From assembly GCA_904396155.1 (NCBI GenBank), contig CAJFOI010000044.1, forward strand, positions 46,926 to 110,925: a stretch of 64,000 nucleotides of DNA, given 5' to 3'. Made by a program: the position numbers and the translations under genes. Positions 44,923 to 54,944 of the stretch are shown in pieces; position 1 is the first letter of the stretch; the number at the start of each line of letters is the position of its first letter. The notes under the pieces were generated by a model, which was given only the letters and a program-made list of their open reading frames with translations, ran no database searches and was not told the DNA's origin. Source of the stretch: Candidatus Avispirillum faecium. GTDB lineage: Bacteria; Bacillota; Clostridia; Oscillospirales; CAG-272.

Positions 44923-45978
44923 GTGGAGACACAAAAAAATTCCGCATTTTTTCTTTGGAAAAAGCGGCATACCCTCCCTACCATACGCAAAAGGACGAGC
45001 GTCCTCCTCCTTTGCATCATTGTCGCCGCCGCTTTTCTGCTGCCCGGCGGCGTCTTCGGCACATTTTATTTGACTGTCGCCGGCGCGCTCCTTGCCCTGC
45101 TGCTCACTGCAGACCGCAGTCCCCTGTGGGTATTGTCCGTTCCCGGCGTGGCCGGCATAGCCTATTTGACATATGTTTTATTTGCAGCAGAGGGCACCAG
45201 CCCCCTCTGGGTCCTGGCCGCGCTTTTATATATCCCTGTAGGATTTGTTCTTTCCGCCTGTATTTACAGCGGGAAAAGCCTGACGATCACCGTAACGGTT
45301 TTATCTGTCACCTTCGGCGTCATTCTTGCATCGGTGGCAGGAGCGCAGGTGCTGCTCCAATACGGAGACCTGCGGGAAGGCTTTGCCGCTCTGCTAAGTC
45401 AATTTGAAGATGGGCTCACACAAATGCTTTCCTCGATCGGGCTTCCCGGAGAAGACGGTGTGATCTACGTGTACACGGAAAAGGAAGTGCAGTCCATGGT
45501 CCAGTCGGTGGTCATGCTGCTGCCTGCCATGGGAGTACTGGCCTGCCAGCTTTTTGCATATCTTACCGCCAAAATATACCGTCTGCTTGCCCTGGCACTT
45601 CATGGAGAGTTTCTCTTTGAAAAAAAGAAGTGGCCTGTCACGGCAAGCGTGCCGGCGTATATTGTCTTTGTCGCCAGCTATTTCTTCTCTTTGTTTTCCC
45701 AAAACACCTCCGTTGTCAGCTATGCGGCGGTCAATCTTTTGTATATCTTTCTGCCGGTCACGGCTATTGCAGGCTTTCACGCCCTGTTCAGCACCAGCGG
45801 AAAACTGTCCGACAGAGGACGCAGGGGCAGCCGTATTGTGCTGATTGTCCTGTGCGTAATTCTTTTCAATTTGTCTCCGGTAGCGCTGTTTATTCTGATG
45901 GCCTTTTTCGGAGCGGTCCGCACCTTCACCATTGCCTTGCGCGGATGGCTGAAAAAGCGCAATGGTCATGACTCGTAA
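44923..45978 (+). CDS. YybS-like polytopic membrane protein (DUF2232)
   Basis: Its position directly upstream of gdpP-rplI-dnaB matches B. subtilis yybS. The GTG at 44923 lies 7 nt after AAAGGAGG. It has many TM helices. Confidence 0.7.
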   Translation: METQKNSAFFLWKKRHTLPTIRKRTSVLLLCIIVAAAFLLPGGVFGTFYLTVAGALLALLLTADRSPLWVLSVPGVAGIAYLTYVLFAAEGTSPLWVLAALLYIPVGFVLSACIYSGKSLTITVTVLSVTFGVILASVAGAQVLLQYGDLREGFAALLSQFEDGLTQMLSSIGLPGEDGVIYVYTEKEVQSMVQSVVMLLPAMGVLACQLFAYLTAKIYRLLALALHGEFLFEKKKWPVTASVPAYIVFVASYFFSLFSQNTSVVSYAAVNLLYIFLPVTAIAGFHALFSTSGKLSDRGRRGSRIVLIVLCVILFNLSPVALFILMAFFGAVRTFTIALRGWLKKRNGHDS

Positions 45979-45996
45979 GGAAAGGAGCCTCCCCTG

Positions 45997-48042
45997 ATGA
46001 ACGCAAAGCATACGTATCGGTTTGGTCTTGCGGACATTCTTTTTTGTACCATATTTGCACTTGCAGCGGTAGCAGTACAGATGCTGCTCTCTTCCCTGTT
46101 TGGAAAGCCGGTAGCCGTAGGTATTTTTCTCCTTGCCATCTATGCCGCAGGGGTGTTTTTGTTCCTGTATCTTCGACGTCGTCCTTCTGAAACACTCCGG
46201 GGAGACGATTCCCTCACAAAGGTGGCAAGTGTCCTCTCCGATGCCGTTCTTCAAATGGACATCCCCGCCGTGATCTGTCCTGCAGGGGCAGACCGTATTA
46301 TCTGGCACAACAAGGCCGCTGATTTTTTGTTCACCGGCACAAAGCAGGAAGCCCATTTTGGACAGCTGTTCTTTCATCTGCCGGATACCGATCCGGCGGC
46401 AGACGCAGGCGGAGAGCGGCGGCTCACCTGTAAAAATCACATTTTTCAGCCCAGCAGTGTCACTGCACAGGGAAAGGACGGCAAACTGTACCGCATCACG
46501 CTCCTCCATGATGTTACACTGGAAGTAGAGGCAGAGCGCGCGCTGCGGGGCAAGGAATGTGCTGTGGGATATGTGGTGGTAGACAACTTGGACGAATTGC
46601 TCAACTACGAGCAGGAAGATTACCGCACTGCCTCCGGGCAGACAGAGCAGCTGCTGCGCAGCTGGGCCACAGCCGCAGGCGGCGTATTGAAGGAATATCA
46701 GCAAGACCGCTATATTTTCCTGTTTGAAAAATCCCACCTGCAGTCCTTTATGGACTCCGGGTTTTCCATTTTGGACGACATCCGGGACATCCGCATTGGG
46801 GAATCCAGCATTTCCGTGACGGTGTCCATGGGGATCTGCGCCGTGGGCGCCACACTTGCGGAGAAGGAAAAAAGCGCACAAGTGGCGCTGGACACGGCTC
46901 TGCAGCGGGGCGGGGATCAGGCGGTGGTCCGGGGAGACGGCACACTGGACATCTATGGAGGCAAAACAAAAATCCCCCAAAAGCGAACCAAGGTGCGCGC
47001 CAGAGTCATTGCAAATGAGTTGATCTCCCGCATTTCCATCTCCTCCAACGTATTGATTATGGCGCACAGGTATGCAGACTTTGACGCCTTCGGTGCTTCT
47101 GTAGGACTTGCCCGGATCGCGCTCTTTTGCGGGGTACAGGTCAATATCGTCACAGACCCGGACGACAGCAATTTGGACCGCTGCCGGGAATGGCTTTCCG
47201 ATGAACAGGAATATGGAAGCATGTTTGTCAGCGCGCAGGAGGCGTTGGATCTTGTTCGATCGGATACGCTGCTGATCATCACCGATGTGAACAACCCCAC
47301 TCAGTTTGAATCCCCTGTTCTGGCAGAACATTGTAAAAACATTGTAGTCATTGATCATCACAGAAAAACCATCGACTTCGACCGGCCGCTGCTCATCACC
47401 TACATTGAACCCTCGGCGGCAGCATCCAGTGAACTGGTAGCGGAAATGCTGGAGCAGGTCCTCCCGGGAGAAATGCTGCTGGCCCATGAGGCTGACCTGC
47501 TGCTGGCAGGTATTTTGCTGGATACAAACCACTTTACCAAAAATACCGGCACCCGCACTTTCTCCGCCGCGCTTTACCTGCGCAGCAGGGGCGCGGATGT
47601 AAGTGAGGTACAGGAATTTTTCAAAACAGAGCTGGATGAATTCCAGCGTGAGCTGAAATTTCATGCGCACGTGGAAATTTACCGGGGCATTGCCGCCATC
47701 GCCTGCCCCAGAGAAGAATGTACACTCCGGGACAAAGTCCCGGCTGCCAAAGCAGCCGACCGTCTTCTCACAGTGGAAGGAGTAAAAGCTTCCTTCGCCA
47801 TCGTCCCCATTGGAGACGAAATCCATATCTCCGCCCGTTCTCTGGGAACGATCAACGTGCAGCTTATCTTGGAAAAACTCAAAGGCGGCGGACACTTTGA
47901 TTCGGCAGGGGCGCGCATGGAAGGCGTGTCCGTGGAAGAAACCGTGCGGCTTTTGAAGGAAGCCTTGGATCAATATCTGGACAGCATTGCCGGAGAAAAG
48001 GAACGCGTCTCTCTTCCCCAGAGCGGCGCCGGCAAACAATAA
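45997..48042 (+). CDS. gdpP: cyclic-di-AMP phosphodiesterase GdpP (DHH/DHHA1)
   Basis: Two N-terminal TM helices, a PAS-like region, a degenerate GGDEF, the DHH motif VVIDHH and the DHHA1 motif GGGH (LKGGGHFDSAG). Confidence 0.9.
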   Translation: MNAKHTYRFGLADILFCTIFALAAVAVQMLLSSLFGKPVAVGIFLLAIYAAGVFLFLYLRRRPSETLRGDDSLTKVASVLSDAVLQMDIPAVICPAGADRIIWHNKAADFLFTGTKQEAHFGQLFFHLPDTDPAADAGGERRLTCKNHIFQPSSVTAQGKDGKLYRITLLHDVTLEVEAERALRGKECAVGYVVVDNLDELLNYEQEDYRTASGQTEQLLRSWATAAGGVLKEYQQDRYIFLFEKSHLQSFMDSGFSILDDIRDIRIGESSISVTVSMGICAVGATLAEKEKSAQVALDTALQRGGDQAVVRGDGTLDIYGGKTKIPQKRTKVRARVIANELISRISISSNVLIMAHRYADFDAFGASVGLARIALFCGVQVNIVTDPDDSNLDRCREWLSDEQEYGSMFVSAQEALDLVRSDTLLIITDVNNPTQFESPVLAEHCKNIVVIDHHRKTIDFDRPLLITYIEPSAAASSELVAEMLEQVLPGEMLLAHEADLLLAGILLDTNHFTKNTGTRTFSAALYLRSRGADVSEVQEFFKTELDEFQRELKFHAHVEIYRGIAAIACPREECTLRDKVPAAKAADRLLTVEGVKASFAIVPIGDEIHISARSLGTINVQLILEKLKGGGHFDSAGARMEGVSVEETVRLLKEALDQYLDSIAGEKERVSLPQSGAGKQ

Positions 48043-48075
48043 ACACGCAACATAAATGAAAGGCTGGATAAACTT

Positions 48076-48519
48076 ATGAAGGTATTGTTACTGACAGATG
48101 TAAAAGGAAAAGGGAAAAAGGATCAAATTGTAAGCGTATCAGACGGATACGCCCGCAACTTTTTGTTTCCCAAAAAGCTGGCAGTAGAAGCCGATGCAAA
48201 AGCACTGGCAGATGCAAAAAACAAGGAAGAGGCAAAAGAATACAAGATCGCCCAGGACAAGGCCGCTGCAAGGGCGCTTGCCGAAAAGCTGGAGGGCGTC
48301 GTAGTGAAAATCAAGGCAACTGCCGGGGCAGACGGGCGTCTGTACGGCAGTATCACCACCGCCGACATTGCTGCAGCGCTGGAAGAACAATCCGGCATTC
48401 AGTTGGACAAACGAAAAATTGTAACAGACGGCGCGATCAAGGCATACGGATCCTACACACTGACAGTCAAATTGTATCCGGAAATTCAGGGTAAACTGAA
48501 TCTGATTGTCTGCGATTGA
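48076..48519 (+). CDS. rplI: 50S ribosomal protein L9
   Basis: [36 protein letters not shown]. Confidence 0.95.
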   Translation: MKVLLLTDVKGKGKKDQIVSVSDGYARNFLFPKKLAVEADAKALADAKNKEEAKEYKIAQDKAAARALAEKLEGVVVKIKATAGADGRLYGSITTADIAAALEEQSGIQLDKRKIVTDGAIKAYGSYTLTVKLYPEIQGKLNLIVCD

Positions 48520-48535
48520 GGGAACCGCTGTGGAC

Positions 48536-49858
48536 ATGCAATTGGATCGAAAAATGCCTTTCTCCCTGGAGGCAGAGCAGTCGGTACTGGGATCTATCCT
48601 GATTGATCCCGCCTGTCTGGATATTATCACACCCATCGTTTCCAGCAGTGACTTTTATTTGGAAGAACACCAGAGCATTTACACCGCTATGCGGCACATG
48701 TATTTGGAAAGCAAAAATATCGATGTGGTCACGCTGGTAAACGAGCTTGTAAAAGAAGGGGTATACGACGACGCCGGCGGAAAAGAGTACATCCGTCTGA
48801 TCGCCGAAACTGTCCCTACCGCCGCCAATGTAAAAGATTACGCCGCGATCGTCCGGGACAAAAGCACGCTGCGCGCCCTGATCAGCGCGTGTGAAGAAGT
48901 GACGCAGGCCGCATATGCCGAAGAGGAAGAGGTAGAACGGCTGGTGGAAATGGCAGAAAGCAAGATCTATGCCATTGCCGAACAAAAAGACAACAAAAAC
49001 TTTGTTCATATTAAAGACGCCCTTTTGCACGTATACGGTCATCTCCAACAGTTAATCACCAACAAAGAAGAAATTCAGGGAATGAAGACCGGCTTTTCCG
49101 GCCTTGATGAAAAACTGGTAGGCATGGGAAAATCCGACCTGGTGCTGGTAGGTGCCCGGCCCGGCATGGGAAAGACCGCTTTTGCGCTGAATGTGGCAGC
49201 GGCGGCAGCAAAGCGGTCCCAAAAAACGATTTGCATATTCTCCCTGGAAATGTCTGCCGAGCAGTTGGTGACGCGGCTTTTGTCCAGTGAAGCGCTGGTA
49301 GACAGCTACCGTCTGCGCTCCGGAGAGCTAACCGACAAGGACTGGCAGGATCTGGCACATGCAGCTTCTATTTTGTCCGACTGCCAGATTCTCATCGACG
49401 ATACAACAGGTCTGACCGTGGCCGGCATGATGGCAAAACTGCGCCGGGTAAAAAACCTGGGATTGGTTGTCATCGATTACCTGGGGCTGATGCAGTCGGA
49501 GCATCGCAACGAAAACCGGGTTCAGGAGGTCTCGGAGATCTCCCGAAACCTGAAGATGATGGCAAAAGAGTTTCAGGTTCCTGTGATTTGCTGCGCACAG
49601 TTGTCCCGTGGACCGGAATCCCGAACGGATAAACGGCCCATGCTGTCTGATCTCCGCGATTCCGGCGCCATTGAGCAGGATGCGGATATCGTGCTGTTTC
49701 TGTACCGCGAGGAATATTACAAGGACAAGGAAAACCCCCAAAGCACGGCGGAAGTTATCATCGCTAAAAATCGCCACGGCTCTACTGGGAAGGTAGAAAT
49801 GGGTTGGCTGGGACAGTACACCAAATTTACCACGCTGGACACGGAAGAAAAATTTTAA
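48536..49858 (+). CDS. dnaB: replicative DNA helicase
   Basis: PFSLEAEQSVLGSIL N-terminus, Walker A GARPGMGKTAF and RDSGAIEQDADIV. The ATG at 48536 is preferred to the track start, which overlaps rplI. Confidence 0.95.
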   Translation: MQLDRKMPFSLEAEQSVLGSILIDPACLDIITPIVSSSDFYLEEHQSIYTAMRHMYLESKNIDVVTLVNELVKEGVYDDAGGKEYIRLIAETVPTAANVKDYAAIVRDKSTLRALISACEEVTQAAYAEEEEVERLVEMAESKIYAIAEQKDNKNFVHIKDALLHVYGHLQQLITNKEEIQGMKTGFSGLDEKLVGMGKSDLVLVGARPGMGKTAFALNVAAAAAKRSQKTICIFSLEMSAEQLVTRLLSSEALVDSYRLRSGELTDKDWQDLAHAASILSDCQILIDDTTGLTVAGMMAKLRRVKNLGLVVIDYLGLMQSEHRNENRVQEVSEISRNLKMMAKEFQVPVICCAQLSRGPESRTDKRPMLSDLRDSGAIEQDADIVLFLYREEYYKDKENPQSTAEVIIAKNRHGSTGKVEMGWLGQYTKFTTLDTEEKF

Positions 49859-49882
49859 GAGCAATAAATAGCCGCACCGATT

Positions 49883-49915
49883 ATCCCCATGCGTATCCTT
49901 CGCATGGGGATTTTT
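49883..49915 (+). terminator. intrinsic terminator after dnaB
   Basis: ATCCCCATGCG-7 nt-CGCATGGGGAT followed by TTTT. Confidence 0.8.
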
Positions 49916-50028
49916 ATACAAACAGATCGGTACGCCGCAGGCCGACGATGCACTTTTTGCATTCATTTTTCATTTACAAATTTCTCTCATTTTTTTTACA
50001 AGACAATTGGTTTTTTTTTGTAAAATCA

Positions 50029-50057
50029 TTGTATTATACCCAAAATTGTGTTATATT
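50029..50057 (+). promoter_or_regulatory. extended -10 promoter upstream of pgk
   Basis: TTGTAT (50029-50034), 17-nt spacer ending in TGt, TATATT (50052-50057). It lies in an AT-rich ~250-nt intergenic region. Confidence 0.45.
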
Positions 50058-50108
50058 AAATTTGTATGCGTATGTAAAAGTTTGTATATAGAAGAAAGGA
50101 TTTTGAAG

Positions 50109-51296
50109 ATGACTTACAACAAAAAATCAGTAAAAGACATCGATGTATCCGGCAAGCGTGTACTTGTAAGATGTGATTTTAATGTGCCCATGAAGGATGG
50201 CGAAATCACGGATGACAAGCGTATCGTAGGGGCGCTGCCTACCATTCAATATCTGATAGAACACGGTGCAAAAGTCATTCTCTGCTCCCATATGGGCAGA
50301 CCCAAGGGAGAGGTTAACCCCAAATATTCCCTGGCACCTGTCGCAAAACGTCTCTCCCAGCTTCTCGGCAAAGAAGTAGCGCTGGCAAAGGATGTCATCG
50401 GTCCCGATGCAAAGGCCAAGGCTGCCGCTTTGGGCGACGGCGATGTTTTGCTCCTGGAAAATGTCCGCTTCCATAAGGAAGAAGAGAAAAACGACCCCGC
50501 TTTTGCAAAAGAGCTGGCTTCCATGGCAGATATTTTTGTAAATGACGCATTTGGTACCGCGCACCGCGCACATGCTTCTACGGCCGGCGTTGCAGATTAC
50601 CTTCCTGCAGTCTGCGGTTTCCTCATTCAAAAGGAAGTGGAGATCATGGGCAAGGCGCTGGCAGATCCTGCCCGCCCATTCGTGGCGATTTTGGGCGGTG
50701 CAAAGGTGTCTGACAAGATCGGTGTAATCAATAATTTGATTGAGAAGTGCGATACCCTGATCATCGGCGGCGGCATGGCCTACACCTTCTTCAAGGCACA
50801 GGGTTACAACATCGGCACTTCCATCTGCGAGGATGATAAAATCGAGCTTGCCACCAGTCTGATGCAGAAGGCAAAGGAAAAAGGCGTGAACTTTTTGCTT
50901 CCCGTGGACAACGTCATTGGACGGGAATATAAGGAAGACACCATTTATATGACCATTACATCCGACTGTATTCCGGACGGATGGATGGGCCTGGACATTG
51001 GCCCTGTCACCCGGGAGTTGTTTTCGAAAACCATTGCCGGGGCTGGAACAGTCGTGTGGAACGGCCCCATGGGCGTTTCCGAGTGGGAGCACTTTGCGGC
51101 AGGTACAATGGATGTAGCAAAAGCTGTAGCGGACTCCGGCGCGATCTCCATTATTGGCGGCGGCGACTCCGCAGCGGCGGTGGAGAACCTGGGCTTTGCC
51201 GACAAGATGACCCACATCTCCACCGGCGGCGGTGCATCCCTGGAATTCCTGGAAGGCTTGGATTTGCCAGGAATCTCCTGCCTGCAGGACAAATAA
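50109..51296 (+). CDS. pgk: phosphoglycerate kinase
   Basis: [17 protein letters not shown] and GGGDSAAAV. The ATG at 50109 sits behind GAAAGGA. Tandem TAA TAA stops. Confidence 0.95.
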   Translation: MTYNKKSVKDIDVSGKRVLVRCDFNVPMKDGEITDDKRIVGALPTIQYLIEHGAKVILCSHMGRPKGEVNPKYSLAPVAKRLSQLLGKEVALAKDVIGPDAKAKAAALGDGDVLLLENVRFHKEEEKNDPAFAKELASMADIFVNDAFGTAHRAHASTAGVADYLPAVCGFLIQKEVEIMGKALADPARPFVAILGGAKVSDKIGVINNLIEKCDTLIIGGGMAYTFFKAQGYNIGTSICEDDKIELATSLMQKAKEKGVNFLLPVDNVIGREYKEDTIYMTITSDCIPDGWMGLDIGPVTRELFSKTIAGAGTVVWNGPMGVSEWEHFAAGTMDVAKAVADSGAISIIGGGDSAAAVENLGFADKMTHISTGGGASLEFLEGLDLPGISCLQDK

Positions 51297-51308
51297 TAAA
51301 TTTTCATT

Positions 51309-51339
51309 TGCGCGCAGCCCTACACACAGGCTGCGCGCA
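51309..51339 (+). other. GC-rich intercistronic hairpin between pgk and tpiA
   Basis: TGCGCGCAGCC-CTACACACA-GGCTGCGCGCA: an 11-bp perfect stem with no T tract. Confidence 0.6.
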
Positions 51340-51393
51340 GGCACGTTTAACACAGGATCGTTTTTATATAGCAGAAAGGAAATTGTATTTGAC

Positions 51394-52161
51394 ATGAACA
51401 AAGCAACACGCAAGGCCGTCATCGCCGGCAACTGGAAAATGAACATGACACCCTCCCAGACAAAAGAAGCAGTGGAAAAAACTGCTGCGCTTGTAAAGGA
51501 TAAGAATGGATGTGACATCGTTCTGTGCGTACCTTTTGTGGACATTGGAACAGCTGCAGCAGCTGCAAAAGGCACAAACATAAGGATTGGAGCACAAAAC
51601 GTACACTTTGCCGAAAGCGGCGCTTACACCGGTGAAATATCCGCCGCCATGCTTCTGGAAGCCGGTGCAGAATATGTGATCATCGGACACAGCGAGCGCA
51701 GACAATACTTTGGAGAAACCGATAAAACGGTGAATCAGCGCACCAAAGCGGCGCTCGCTGCAGGACTCAAGGTCATCCTGTGTGTGGGAGAGGTGCTGGA
51801 AGAACGGCAGAGCAATATTACTGACGAAATTCTTTCTATGCAGACCAAACTGGATCTTGCAGGGGTCAGCAAAGAGGATATGCAAAACGTGATCATCGCC
51901 TACGAACCCGTATGGGCAATCGGCACAGGATTGACAGCAACGCCTCAGCAGGCAGATGCAGCCTGCGGCTGCATCCGAAGCGTGCTGACACAGCTTTACG
52001 ACGAGAAGACAGCAGAATCCGTAACAATCCAATACGGCGGAAGCATGAATGACGGCAACGCAGCAGAGCTTCTGGCAATGTATCATGTAGACGGCGGATT
52101 AATCGGCGGTGCATCCCTGGTGCCGGAGAAATTTGACGCTATCGTCACTGCAGCACAATAA
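51394..52161 (+). CDS. tpiA: triosephosphate isomerase
   Basis: AGNWKMN, IIGHSERR, AYEPVWAIGTG and GGASL. Confidence 0.95.
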   Translation: MNKATRKAVIAGNWKMNMTPSQTKEAVEKTAALVKDKNGCDIVLCVPFVDIGTAAAAAKGTNIRIGAQNVHFAESGAYTGEISAAMLLEAGAEYVIIGHSERRQYFGETDKTVNQRTKAALAAGLKVILCVGEVLEERQSNITDEILSMQTKLDLAGVSKEDMQNVIIAYEPVWAIGTGLTATPQQADAACGCIRSVLTQLYDEKTAESVTIQYGGSMNDGNAAELLAMYHVDGGLIGGASLVPEKFDAIVTAAQ

Positions 52162-52185
52162 TCAGTCAAAAATATGTATATGTGT

Positions 52186-52222
52186 AAAAGAACCCCGCGG
52201 ATATTTTCCGCGGGGTTCTTTT
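52186..52222. terminator. bidirectional intrinsic terminator
   Basis: AAAAGAACCCCGCGGA-TATTT-TCCGCGGGGTTCTTTT: a 16-bp stem between the tpiA stop and the convergent LRR gene stop. Confidence 0.85.
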
Positions 52223-52247
52223 CACTTTTTTACCTTATTCCAACAGA

Positions 52248-54122
52248 TCAACCTGCGATCATCTGCTGCAGTGCCAGAGCATCTGCCGCATCAACCACGC
52301 CGTCGCCGTTCACATCGGTAATCTCCTCTGCAACGGAAGTTCCGTTTGAAAGTGCATACCGCAACTGCTGTGTATCTGTCGCATCTACAAGCTGGTCGTT
52401 GTTGACGTCTCCCAGATAATAGGCGTCGTTCGCTGCATATGCAGTACGCACCATCGTAGAAGCATCTACAAATTGCAGGCCCATCTCTTCCGCATACCGC
52501 TGTGCAGCAGAAGTTCTGGAAGCACAGATAGTAGCGTCACTCAAAACCACAGCCCCCTCTGCCAGGGAAGCCTGGTATCCATATGCTCCTTTACCGATCT
52601 TTTGTACAGAATCGGGAATCTGCAGCAGATCCAATGCGCTGCAGCGGGCAAATGCATAATTTCCAATGGTTACAACCGTATCCGGAATCGTAACTTCTGC
52701 AAGATCCTCGCATGCATAGAACGCACCGTATCCAATAGATCTGGTCGAAGCAGGGATTGTAAAGCTTTGCAGCGCCGTGCCGTCAAATGCTCTTCTGCCG
52801 ATATCTGTAACATTATCGGAAACATTTACAGAAGTCAGCGCCTCACAGCCCATGAATACATAATCCTCCAGAACTGTCACACCTGCGGGGACTGTGATCT
52901 CTGTAATTGCAGCACATTCTCTGAATGCAGACTTATCCAGCGTTGTCAATCCGTCAGGAAGCACTACATCTGTGAGAACTGTACAACCCCGGAAAGCGGC
53001 ATTTCCAATGGAGGTCACATCCGCGGGAATTGTGATAGACGTCAGTTTTTCACATTCGAAAAATGCATTGTCCCCAATGGCGCCCACACCGGAAGGATAT
53101 GCAATTGTCTCCAAGGATTTGCAGCCATAGAATGCATTGTCACCGATCGCCTCCATCGTAGCAGGCAAACGAACACTCTGCAGGGATTCGCAGCTGCCGA
53201 AAGCAGAATCGCCGATCGAAGTAACGGAATCAGGAATATCAACACTCTCCAGAGAAGTACACATAAAGAACGCGGTATCTCTAATTTCCGTCACGCCGTC
53301 ATGGAACGTAATGCTCGTCATGGAACGGTTGCCGCTGAATGTCTTTTCCGGTACATAGGACATTCCGGCAGGAACACGCAATTCCTTCACCCCGGAGCTG
53401 AGGAATACATAGTCCCCCATCTCCGTCACGGAATCAGGAATATCAAAAGCACCCAACTTTGTGGTATAAGCAAAAGCTCTCTCCCCAATGGTCTCAATCT
53501 TATCGCCCGCGGCCACCGTAGTCAGCTCCGGGCAACGGAAAAACGCATACTCCCCTATCGTGGTGAGATCCGCCGGCAGAGTCACATTGGTCAGCGAGGG
53601 CATATATGCAAAGCCATAACTTCCGATAGAAGCAACACTGTCGGGAATCGTCACATCTGTGAGCGCAGTGCCGTAAAAGGAATGATCTCCAATGGATTCC
53701 AACGTGCTGGGCAGCTGTACATAAGACAGATTGCGTGCTCCATTAAACACATAGTCCCCGATGGAGGTAACGCCCTCTTCTATGTAAACCCGATCTACCT
53801 GCTGGTTATAGGTGCCCAGCATTGTTTTTCCTGCAGTGTAGTCATCCATGGGGCCACTTCCGGTGATCGATGCTTCATAATACAAATCACCATTCAGAGT
53901 GACCGCATAGCAATAAACCATGCAGTAAACATTTTCTCCGATCTGAAACGGCGTGCTTCCGCTTGCCGGGTACCACTCCGCAATGATACCGCTGTCTACA
54001 TCTTCGCTTGTAAGGGGGCCCTGATCTACGGAAGGACGCTCCTCGTCAGCCGCACCTGTCGTCAGCACCACGCCGCTGAGCAGCACGACCGTCGCAAGCA
54101 CACATGCAATCAGTTTTTTCAT
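52248..54122 (-). CDS. secreted BspA-type leucine-rich-repeat protein with a C-terminal type-I dockerin
   Basis: Signal peptide MKKLIACVLATVVLLSG. There are about 18 units of the type IPDSVTSIGDSAFxxCxSLxSV. The C-terminus carries two Ca-binding loops, DVNNDQLVDATD and DVNGDGVVDAAD. Confidence 0.85.
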   Translation of the reverse strand: MKKLIACVLATVVLLSGVVLTTGAADEERPSVDQGPLTSEDVDSGIIAEWYPASGSTPFQIGENVYCMVYCYAVTLNGDLYYEASITGSGPMDDYTAGKTMLGTYNQQVDRVYIEEGVTSIGDYVFNGARNLSYVQLPSTLESIGDHSFYGTALTDVTIPDSVASIGSYGFAYMPSLTNVTLPADLTTIGEYAFFRCPELTTVAAGDKIETIGERAFAYTTKLGAFDIPDSVTEMGDYVFLSSGVKELRVPAGMSYVPEKTFSGNRSMTSITFHDGVTEIRDTAFFMCTSLESVDIPDSVTSIGDSAFGSCESLQSVRLPATMEAIGDNAFYGCKSLETIAYPSGVGAIGDNAFFECEKLTSITIPADVTSIGNAAFRGCTVLTDVVLPDGLTTLDKSAFRECAAITEITVPAGVTVLEDYVFMGCEALTSVNVSDNVTDIGRRAFDGTALQSFTIPASTRSIGYGAFYACEDLAEVTIPDTVVTIGNYAFARCSALDLLQIPDSVQKIGKGAYGYQASLAEGAVVLSDATICASRTSAAQRYAEEMGLQFVDASTMVRTAYAANDAYYLGDVNNDQLVDATDTQQLRYALSNGTSVAEEITDVNGDGVVDAADALALQQMIAG

Positions 54123-54287
54123 CTTTTTGAATCCTTTCTGACTGTAAAAAAATCACAAATCGCGGCAGATACCTATCGGGAAATGCGCCGCAGCACGCAA
54201 CAAAGAGCCGCACAGCAAGACCGGACGAAATGGAGCGGCGTCCTGCTATCCGCAGACACTGCCCCACGATCTACCTTCTATGTGTTT

Positions 54288-54316
54288 AGCATATCACAAA
54301 CCCACATTCTTGTCAA
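54288..54316 (-). promoter_or_regulatory. extended -10 promoter of the LRR-dockerin gene
   Basis: On the minus strand: TTGACA (54311-54316), 17-nt spacer ending in TGa, TATGCT (54288-54293). This implies a leader of about 160 nt. Confidence 0.55.
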
Positions 54317-54402
54317 GGTTTTTTATATAAAATTGCTATGTTTCCTTCAAATTGCACAGTCAATTTTACATATTCTGCCAGACACAGTCGAATCCTTTCG
54401 CA

Positions 54403-54909
54403 TCAGTGTCTCTCCAGTAAATCCGCAGCCGGAAGTCGTCTGAGCAAAATTCCACCGGCAATGCCTATCAGAACCCCGGCGATAGTACCGCCTATAATCA
54501 AAGCCGGAAGGTAATATAAAAGCTGACTGGTGCGCATCACCGCCGCAGCTACTGCAATCTGCGCCCCATTGTGAGAGACGCCCCCGGCCACGCTGACCCC
54601 TACCGCAGAAAAAAAACCGACCTTTTTCAAAAGTCCCATCACCAAAAGGCTGAGCACGGCGCCTGCAAAACTGTACGCCAGACTGAGGGTATTTCCAAAC
54701 AGCACGGCCACCAGTCCCACGCGGACGAGAGACACGCCTGCGGCAGACAACCACCCCGCCTGATAGAGCACAAAGACAATCACTACATTGGGCAGGCCAA
54801 TCTTCAGTCCGGGAAGGAAAAGTGGAATGAGACTTTCCACATACGACAGGACCATGGCGGCAGCCGTACAGAGTCCCAGCAGGGCAAGCTTTTTTGATTT
54901 CTGCTTCAT
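54403..54909 (-). CDS. Gx transporter family membrane protein (former heptaprenyl diphosphate synthase component I-like)
   Basis: The ATG at 54909 (MKQKSKKLALLGL) is in frame with the track ORF. It has 5 TM helices and the motif GGVSHNGAQIAVA. Confidence 0.7.
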   Translation of the reverse strand: MKQKSKKLALLGLCTAAAMVLSYVESLIPLFLPGLKIGLPNVVIVFVLYQAGWLSAAGVSLVRVGLVAVLFGNTLSLAYSFAGAVLSLLVMGLLKKVGFFSAVGVSVAGGVSHNGAQIAVAAAVMRTSQLLYYLPALIIGGTIAGVLIGIAGGILLRRLPAADLLERH

Positions 54910-54944
54910 ACGCACGCCCCTTTTCCTTTTTCCATAAACGCCGC

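Noticed and set aside
45394-48039. 881-aa ORF on the minus strand spanning the yybS 3' end and all of gdpP.
   Set aside because: It is exactly antisense to a gene with unambiguous DHH/GGGH motifs. Its own product is low-complexity, Gly/Arg/Cys-rich and has no motifs. In genes rich in C/G-ending codons, the codon-aligned antisense frame rarely contains stops, because those stops would require the rare sense codons TTA, CTA and TCA.
49916-50028. AT-rich stretch after dnaB with the short inverted repeat TTTTACAA...TTGTAAAA, considered as a replication-origin or DnaA-box region.
   Set aside because: I could not find TTATCCACA-like DnaA boxes. The region is more simply the pgk promoter/UP-element region.
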